Assembly (NCBI GenBank): GCA_963789955.1
Contig: CAWBMV010000029.1
Coordinates: forward strand, 1 to 26,374
Origin: an uncultured Candidatus Rokubacteria bacterium
Lineage (GTDB): Bacteria; Methylomirabilota; Methylomirabilia; Rokubacteriales; CSP1-6
DNA: 26,374 nucleotides
Direction of reading: 5' to 3'
Made by a program: the position numbers and the translations under genes. Under the pieces are notes generated by a model that ran no database searches, was not told where the DNA came from, and saw nothing but the letters and a program-made list of their open reading frames with translations. Numbering within the stretch: the stretch's first letter is position 1; the number at the start of each line of letters is the position of its first letter. Shown here in pieces: positions 19,367 to 26,374 of this stretch.

Positions 19367-19940
19367 CTACTTGCCGTCGAGCGCCAGGTTCAGTTGGAGG
19401 ACGTTGACCCGCGGCTCGCCGAGGAAGCCGAGCTGCCGCCCCTCGGTGTGCTCGCTCGACGAGCTGCCGGACCGCGTCCGGCTCGAGCTTGCGCGCCGGC
19501 GACCCGCCGCACCTGGTACAGCGCTGCCGCCGGGCTGATGTGCGGGTCGAGACCGCTGCCGGACGCGGTGACGAGGTCGACGGGCACGGGCGCGGCGTTG
19601 CCCGGATCGGCGGCCCGCAGCGCGTCGACGCGCCCCTTGACCGCCTCGATGAGCGCCGGATTCGTCGGGCCGAGGTTCGAGCCCGACGAGGCGCCCGCGT
19701 TGTAGCGCGAACGGGCTCGTCGCCGACGGACGGCTCCAGAAGTACTTCGGGATCGTCGAACGGCTGACCGATGAGCGCGCGAGCCCACGACCTTGCCGTC
19801 CTTGACGATCAGGCTGCCGTTCGCCTGGTACGGGAAGACCACCTGCGCGATGCCGGTGACGAGCGAGCGGATAGGCGACGCCCGTGACGACCGACAACAG
19901 GATCGAGCGAGACGATCGCCGGACGAAGATGAGCAAGCAT
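19367..19940 (-). CDS. kdpC: K+-transporting ATPase subunit C, several apparent frameshifts
   Basis: [12 protein letters not shown] (ATG 19940 after AAGGAG), [60 protein letters not shown] spread over different frames. Confidence 0.93.
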
Positions 19941-19952
19941 GTCATCGGCTCC

Positions 19953-22040
19953 TTACACCAGGTGCAGGGCGACGAGGATCATGTCGATGATCTTGATGCC
20001 CGATGAACGGGACGATGATGCCGCCGAGGCCGTAGATCGAGCAGGTTGCGCCGCAGGAGCGCGGCGGCGCCGATCGGCCCGATACCGGACGCCCCGCAGC
20101 GCGAGCGGGATCAGGACGATGATGATGAGCGCGTTGAAGATGACGGCCGACAGGATCGCGCTCTCCGGCGTCGCCAGGCGCATGATGTTCAGCGCGTCGA
20201 GCGCCGGATAGGTCGCGGCGAACGCCGCCGGAATGATCGCGAAGTACTTGGCGACGTCGTTCGCGATGCTGAACGTCGTGAGCGCGCCGCGCGTCATCAG
20301 CAGCTGCTTGCCGATCTCGACGATCTCGATGAGCTTCGTCGGGTTCGAGTCGAGGTCGACCATGTTGCCGGCTTCCTTGGCGGCCTGCGTGCCGGTGTTC
20401 ATCGCGACCGCGACGTCGGCCTGCGCGAGCGCGGGCGCGTCGTTGGTGCCGTCGCCGGTCATGGCGACGAGGCGCCCGCCGGTCTGGTACTCGCGGATGA
20501 GCTTGAGCTTCGCCTCGGGCGTCGCCTCGGCGAGGAAGTCGTCGACGCCGGCCTCGGCGGCGATCGCCGCGGCCGTGAGCGGGTTGTCGCCGGTGATCAT
20601 CACCGTCTTGATGCCCATGCGGCGGAGCTCGGCGAAGCGCTCCTTGATGCCGCCCTTGACGATGTCCTTGAGCTGGATGACGCCGAGCACCTTCGCGCCC
20701 TCGGCGACGACGAGCGGCGTGCCGCCCGCCTTCGCGATCGCGTCGACCGCGGCGCGGACCTCCGCCGGGAACCGTGCCGCCCATCGCTCTTGACGTAGGC
20801 CTCGATCGCGTCGGCGGCGCCCTTGCGGATCTGCGCGGCCGTCCAGGTCGACGCCGCTCATGCGCGTCTGCGCGGTGAACGGGACGAAGATCGCGCCGAG
20901 CTTCGTGACGTCGCGCTCGCGGATGCCGTACTTCTCCTTCGCGAGCACGACGATGCTGCGCCCCTCGGGCGTCTCGTCGGCGAGCGACGCGAGCTGCGCC
21001 GCGTCGGCGAGGTCGTCGCTCGCTCACGCCCGGCGCGGGCAAGAACGCGGTCGCCTGGCGATTGCCGAGCGTGATCGTGCCGGTCTTGTCGAGAGGAGCA
21101 CGTCGACGTCGCCGGCGGCCTCGACGGCGCGGCCCGACATGGCGATGACGTTCGCCTGGATCATGCGGTCCATGCCGGCGATGCCGATCGCCGAGAGCAG
21201 CGCCGCCGATCGTCGTCGGGATCAGGCAGACGAGCAGCGCGACGAGCACGGTGATCGTGACCGGCGTGCCCTGCCCCGCCGCCTTCACGCTGTAGAGCGA
21301 GAACGGCAGCAGCGTGACGCGTCGCGAGCAGGAAGATGATCGTCAGCGCCGCGAGCAGGATGTCGAGCGCGATCTCGTTCGGCGTCTTCTGGCGCTTGGC
21401 GCCTTCGACCATCGCGATCATGCGGTCGAGGAACGCTTCGCCCGGGTTCGCGGTGACCGCGACGATGAGCCAGTCGGACAGCACGCGCGTGCCGCCGGTG
21501 ACCGCGCTGCGGTCGCCGCCGCTCTCGCGGATGACGGGCGCGCTCTCGCCGGTGATCGGCGCTCTCGTTGACCGACGCGACGCCCTCGACGACCTCGCCG
21601 TCGCACCGGGATGAAGTCGCCGGCCTCGACGAGGACGAAGTCGCCCTTCCGGAGCGCCGACGGCGGAGACGGTCTCGTACCGCGGCATCGCGGTCTGCGC
21701 CTCGGCGAGCTGCTTCGCCTGGATGTCGCGGCGCGCCTTCCGCAGCGAGTCGGCCTGGGCCTTGCCGCGCCCCTCGGCCATCGCCTCGGCGAAGTTGGCG
21801 AAGAGCACCGTGAACCAGAGCCAGACCGAGACCGCGAGGATGAACCCGGCGGGCGCCTCGCCCTTGCCGACGAGCGCCTGGATGAAGAGCGAGCGTCGTG
21901 AGGACGCTCCCGACCTCGACGACGAACATGACCGGGTTCCTGACCTGGTGCCGCGGCGTCAGCTTGCTGAAGGCATCGATGATCGCCTGCTTGACGATCG
22001 CCGGATCGAAGAGCGAGCGCGCTTTCGTGGTCGGAGCCAT
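19953..22040 (-). CDS. kdpB: K+-transporting ATPase subunit B (P-type ATPase), many apparent frameshifts
   Basis: [58 protein letters not shown] (21076-21090), [29 protein letters not shown]. Confidence 0.96.
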
Positions 22041-22052
22041 AGCGTTATTCCC

Positions 22053-23864
22053 TCACTTCGCGGCGACGAGGATCAAGTGCTCGACGATCGGCCCGAGCGC
22101 GAGCGCCGGGACGAAGGTGAGCGCGCCGACGAGGAGCACGACGCCGACCAGCAGCCCCACGAACAGCGGCGTGTGGGTCGGCAGCGTGCCCGGGACCGGC
22201 GGGGACGGTCTTCTTCTGCGCCAGCGAGCCGGCGATCGCCAGCACCGGGACCGCCAGCCAGTAGCGCGCGAAGAGCATCGCGAGGCCGAGCGCCGTGTTG
22301 TAGAAGGGCGTGTTGGCGCTGAGCCCGGCGAACGCGCTGCCGTTGTTGTTGCCGGCCGACGAGAACGCGTAGAGCACCTCGCTGAAGCCATGGGCGCCGG
22401 GGTTCGGCGAGGCCAGCCTTGCCGCCGGCGGTGACGACAGCGATGGCGGTGCCGATCGAGCACGACCGCCGGCGGGATGAGGATCAGCGATCGACGCCAT
22501 CTTCATCTCGTAGGCCTCGATCTTCTTGCCGAGGTACTCCGGCGTGCGCCCGACCATCAGGCCCGCGACGAACACGGCGATGATCGCGAAGACCAGCATC
22601 CCGTAGAGCCCGGAGCCGACGCCGCCGTAGATCACCTCGCCGAGCTGGATCAGCCACAGCGGTACGAGCCCGCCGAGCGGGGTGAAGGAGTCGTGCATCG
22701 AGTTGACCGAGCCGTTGGAGGCCGCGGTCGTCGCCGTCGCCCAGAGCGCCGAGTTGACGATGCCGAACCGGACCTCCTTGCCCTCCATGTTCCCGCCCGA
22801 CTGGAGCGCGCTCGCCGTGTGGTCCACGCCCTGCTTCACGAACACGCGGCCGTTCTGCTCGGCGACCACGCATACGATGAGAAGGCCGACGAAGATGACG
22901 GTCATCGCGGCGAGAACGGCCCAGCCCTGGCGCGTGTCACCGACCATCGACGCCGAACGTGTAGCAGAGCGCCGCCGAGATCAGGAGGATCGAGAGCAGC
23001 TCGACGAAGTTCGAGAGCGGCGTCGGGTTCTCGAACGGGTGGGCCGAGTTGACGTTGAAGAAGCCGCCGCCGTTCGTGCCGAGCTGCTTGATCGCGATCT
23101 GCGAAGCCGCCGGCCCGACGGCCAGGACCTGCTCGGTGAGCTTCGACTTCTTCGTTTTCGGCTGGCCCTTCTCGTCGAAGACCGGCTTGCCGTCCTTGTC
23201 GGTCATCGGCTCGTCGTATTCGGTCGGCTGCACGACGGCGATCGTCGCGTACGGCTTGAAGGTCTGCACGACGCCCTGGGAGACCAGGATGAGCGCGAGG
23301 ACGAAGGAGAGCGGGAGCAGGATGTACAGCGTGCTCCGCGTCAGATCGACCCAGAAGTTGCCGATCGTCTGACGCGAGCGGCGCGCGAACCCGCGAATGA
23401 GCGCCACGAGCACGGCCATGCCCGTCGCCGCCGAAACGAAGTTCTGGACGGTGAGGCCGAGCATCTGCGTGAGATAGCTCATCGTCGTCTCGCCGCCGTA
23501 GCCCTGCCAGTTGGTATTGGTCGCGAAGCTCACCGCCGTGTTGAACGAGGAATCCGGCGAGACCGCGCCGAGCGCCATGCGGGTTCAGCGGAAGCACGCC
23601 CTGCAGCCGCTGCAGCCCGTAGACGACGAGGAGCCCGGCCAGGTTGAACAGCAGCATGGCCAGCGTGTAGGCCTTCCAGCCCATCTCCTGGGCGGGCCGG
23701 ATCCCTGACGCCCTGTAGATCAGGCGCTCGAGCCACCCGAGCAGACGATCGAGCCCGCACGGACGGTTCTCGAAGACCCGCGCCATATAGATGCCGAGCG
23801 GCTTGGCCAGTACCAGCAGGACGACCAGATAGAACGCGAGCTGAAGAATTCCGTTGCCAGTCAT
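22053..23864 (-). CDS. kdpA: K+-transporting ATPase subunit A, several apparent frameshifts
   Basis: Four filter segments [63 protein letters not shown]. Confidence 0.96.
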
Positions 23865-23953
23865 GCGAAGAGCTCCGGCTTGAGCAGCGCCAGCACCAGG
23901 TAGATCAGGAGCCCCAACGAAACAACGCTGCCGACGATATAGAGAAATGGCAT
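23861..23953 (-). CDS. kdpF: K+-transporting ATPase subunit F (30 aa)
   Basis: Not in the ORF track. [30 protein letters not shown]; YLxxALLxPExF signature; ATGA overlap with the kdpA start. Confidence 0.92.
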   Translation of the reverse strand: MPFLYIVGSVVSLGLLIYLVLALLKPELFA

Positions 23954-23962
23954 CTCCGCCCC

Positions 23963-24043
23963 CTACACCCGCTCACAGAGCTTGACGAGCGCCCATGTCA
24001 GTCCGAAGAAGATCAGCGTCAGTCCCACGTACACGAGATCCAT
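23963..24043 (-). CDS. 26-aa single-TM peptide, first gene of the kdp operon
   Basis: Not in the ORF track. MDLVYVGLTLIFFGLTWALVKLCERV; GGAGG RBS 8 nt upstream; G/C-ending codons; stops 9 nt before kdpF. Confidence 0.82.
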   Translation of the reverse strand: MDLVYVGLTLIFFGLTWALVKLCERV

Positions 24044-24092
24044 CGCACGCGCCTCCAGTCCGTCTGCTGTGTGAACCGTCCCAACACAGAGA

Positions 24093-24157
24093 TTTATAGG
24101 CCGGCCCGCATCAAGAAAGCATCAAAAGCGGGCTCGCACGTGTTAAGCGAGCGTGAA
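24093..24157 (-). promoter_or_regulatory. kdp promoter: four-box operator copy 2 plus -10 element
   Basis: Minus strand TTCACG-N5-TTAACA-N15-TTGATG-N5-TTGATG (24157-24109), then 10 nt, then TATAAA (24098-24093). Confidence 0.8.
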
Positions 24158-24284
24158 GCCGCCGGTGCATCGAGAATGCCACCTTGAGATCCCTGCGGTT
24201 CCGAGGGGTTGAGCAGTGCATCGCCACCGAGCGACCGTCTCGGGCGTTACTCAGGTGTACCGACACCGCCCCAGTGCCCGCGCG

Positions 24285-24333
24285 TTGATCTGGCGTTGAT
24301 GGCGACCGGCCGCAGTTTGACGGCGCCTTGATC
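24285..24333 (+). promoter_or_regulatory. Four-box direct-repeat operator, copy 3
   Basis: TTGATC-N5-TTGATG-N15-TTGACG-N5-TTGATC upstream of the 2-TM gene and USP gene. Confidence 0.8.
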
Positions 24334-24371
24334 CACCCCTGCCGTCAAATGTGACGAGGAGGGCGGGACAG

Positions 24372-24686
24372 ATGAAACCGACGTGGTGGCTCCTGTACGC
24401 GATCGGGCTCTCACTGGTGGGGGTGCTCGCCCTCGTCGAGCTTTTCGCGCGCGAGGGTGGCGTGCGGACCGTCCTCGAGACCGTCGTGGTCGTGATCGGA
24501 TTCGCACTCATGGGCTTCTGGAACCGGTCCAACCGGGTGGCGCGGGAGCTAGACGAGTGCCGCAGCCGTGGTACCGTGAGGCGCGCCCGCATCGCCTCGC
24601 CCGCACGTTCGGCCGAGTTGGTCGAAAACGGGAGCGGTTCAGGCTCGCTCCGGGTTCCCGAAACAGCTGGACGAGCGCGGCGCTGA
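24372..24686 (+). CDS. Hypothetical small two-TM membrane protein (paralog of 15044..15412)
   Basis: MKPTWWLLYAIGLSLVGVLALVELF...VVVVIGFALMGFWNRSNR; GAGGAGG RBS before ATG 24372. Confidence 0.8.
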   Translation: MKPTWWLLYAIGLSLVGVLALVELFAREGGVRTVLETVVVVIGFALMGFWNRSNRVARELDECRSRGTVRRARIASPARSAELVENGSGSGSLRVPETAGRARR

Positions 24687-24709
24687 CGCGCCGACCTTGG
24701 AGGAACGAT

Positions 24710-25573
24710 ATGGACACTGTGGTCCCGTTCGGCAGCGCCGGGGTACGGACGATTCTCGTCGGGCTCGACGGCTCGCCCGAGGGTGAAGCGGCGGTCGACC
24801 TGAGTCTCCGCTGGGCGCGGCAGACAGGCGCCCGGCTGGTGGGGCTCGGCATCGTGGACGAGCCCACCATCCGGCGGCCCGAGGCGGTCCCCATGGGCGC
24901 CGGTCACTACAAGCATGAGCGAGACGAGCGGCTCCTCGAAGACGCCCGGCGCCGCGTCGAGGAATTCCTCGCGGGCTTCGCCGGCCGGTGCGCCGCCGAG
25001 GACGTCGCGTGCGAGGTGATCGAGAAGGTCGGCCTCCCGCACGAGCAGATCGTGCTGACGGGCCAGCGCTATGACCTCGTCGTCCTGCCGCGGCAGAGCC
25101 ATTTCCACTTCGAGACCGAGCGCAAGGCCGACGACACCGTTGAGCGGGTGCTGAGACAGAGCGCGCGGCCCGTAGTCGTCGTTCCGCCGCGCCCGCGCCG
25201 CTCGGGGCCCGTGGTCGTTGCGTACGATGGCGGCATCCATGCCGCGCGCGCCCTGCAGGCGTTCCAGGCCCTGGGCGTCGAACCGTCGGCTGAGGTGCTC
25301 GTCGTCAGCGTCCACGAGGACGCGCGGGAGGCGCTCGAGCGTGCCGAGCTCGCCCTCGCGTTCCTGGCATCTCACGGCATCCCGGCGCTCCGCACCACCG
25401 TCGCCGCCCCCGGGCCCGTGGCACCAGTGATCCTCCGCACGGTGGAAGACGTCGACGCCCGGCTTCTTGTCGCGGGCATGCGCGATCGGCGCCGGTTGAC
25501 GGAGTTGTTCTCAGGCTCGACGACACAGGCCTTGCTGCGCGGCACTCAGGTCCCGCTCTTCCTCAGCGTCTGA
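24710..25573 (+). CDS. Universal stress protein, tandem USP domains
   Basis: Start at ATG 24710 (GGAGG RBS); ILVGLDGS, YDLVVL, VLRQSARPVVVVP, VVAYDGG, FSGSTTQALLRGTQVPLFL. Confidence 0.92.
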   Translation: MDTVVPFGSAGVRTILVGLDGSPEGEAAVDLSLRWARQTGARLVGLGIVDEPTIRRPEAVPMGAGHYKHERDERLLEDARRRVEEFLAGFAGRCAAEDVACEVIEKVGLPHEQIVLTGQRYDLVVLPRQSHFHFETERKADDTVERVLRQSARPVVVVPPRPRRSGPVVVAYDGGIHAARALQAFQALGVEPSAEVLVVSVHEDAREALERAELALAFLASHGIPALRTTVAAPGPVAPVILRTVEDVDARLLVAGMRDRRRLTELFSGSTTQALLRGTQVPLFLSV

Positions 25574-25602
25574 GCCCCGGCGCATCGCGCTCACGTAGCC
25601 TT

Positions 25603-26374
25603 ATCACCCTCCTCTGCGCCGTGCGCGGCTGCCGCTGGCGCGGGTCGAGCGGCGCGTGATCTGCCGGAACGGGCACTCCTTCGACATCGCCCGCAGCGGC
25701 TACCTCAACCTCCTGCAGCCCCAGGATCGGAAGGCGCGTCGGCCTGGAGACTCTCCCGAGGTGCTCGCGGCGCGACGGCGCCTGCTCGCCCGTGGAGTCA
25801 TGGCCCCGCTCGTGGACGTGGTCGTGGGACTGCTGGCCCTAACCGGCGAGGACACCTTGCTCGACGTCGGATGCGGGGACGGCGATCACCTCGCAGTCTT
25901 CGCCGAACGGTTCGGATGCGAGGCCCACGGCGTCGACATCTCGGTCGCGGCGATCGAGGCGGCGGCGAAGCGACACCCGCGGCTTCAGTGGGTCATGGCG
26001 AACGCCGACCGATTCCTGCCTTACGCGGACGCGTCCTTCCGCGCGGTCGTCTCGATCACGGCGCGCATGAACGCGGGTGAGTTCCGGCGTGTCCTACAAG
26101 GAGACGGGATGCTCCTCGTCGCCGGCCCCGCTCCCGACGACCTAGTCGAGCTCCGTGAGGCGGTCCTCGGCGAGGGCGTGCTGCGCGACCGCGTGGAGCG
26201 GACCATCGCGACCTTCGCGCCTCGATTCACGCTCGAGCGCCGCGAGCATGTCCGTCACGTCACCCGGCTCGATGCCGCCGCGGTCGCTGACGTCATGACC
26301 AGCGCGTACCGAGCGCTTCGTGCCAAAGAGCGCGTGCGGCTCGCCGCGATTGGCGACGTCGACGTCACGCAGAG
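25603..26374 (+). CDS. RlmA-like SAM-dependent methyltransferase with Zn finger (5' end disrupted, 3' end runs off the window)
   Basis: Not in the ORF track. ICRNGHSFDIARSGYLNLL, GDSPEVLAARRRLL, LLDVGCGDG, HGVDIS. The first Zn-finger half (LLCAVRGC) lies in a different frame at ~25609-25632. Confidence 0.8.

Noticed and set aside
24160..24284. Structured RNA (glycine riboswitch-like CTCAGG) between operator copies 2 and 3
   Set aside because: The upstream GGAGA and CCGAAG elements are missing and no convincing stems were found.
5..25375. Long antisense or alternate-frame ORFs such as 5..892, 8572..10092, 11651..13075, 17903..19339 and 24251..25375
   Set aside because: Arg/Gly-rich shadows of real genes, expected in high-GC DNA; no motifs.
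1..26374. CRISPR arrays, tRNA/rRNA genes, IS elements, integrases, prophage or defence genes
   Set aside because: No repeat-spacer arrays, RNA-gene signatures or recombinase motifs were seen.

Overview
GC-rich bacterial DNA from a diderm organism (it encodes an outer-membrane beta-barrel). The gene style resembles Rokubacteria/Methylomirabilota, but that is only an inference. The left half (1-13 kb) is mixed metabolic and membrane genes: an atypical NRAMP-family transporter (partial), amidase, MBL-fold hydrolase, secreted ClpP-fold protein, cytochrome P450, HxxxD acyltransferase, Zn alcohol dehydrogenase, ketopantoate reductase-like protein, PatB/MalY lyase, DinB and a TMTC-like TPR glycosyltransferase. 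The right half (13-25.6 kb) is a K+/Mg2+ homeostasis island: a KimA-like K+ transporter, mgtE, an orphan secF, a BBP2-type porin, kdpFABC preceded by a second 26-aa membrane peptide, and a tandem USP. It is followed by a partial RlmA-like methyltransferase. No kdpD/kdpE is in the window. The most notable result is a 49-bp four-box direct-repeat operator (TTnAyG-N5-TTnAyG-N15-TTnAyG-N5-TTnAyG) found three times with identical spacing: once before kdp and once before each of two paralogous small 2-TM genes I cannot assign to a known family. This points to an expanded KdpE-like regulon with uncharacterised members. kimA, mgtE and kdpABC carry many 1-bp indels that are probably sequencing errors.
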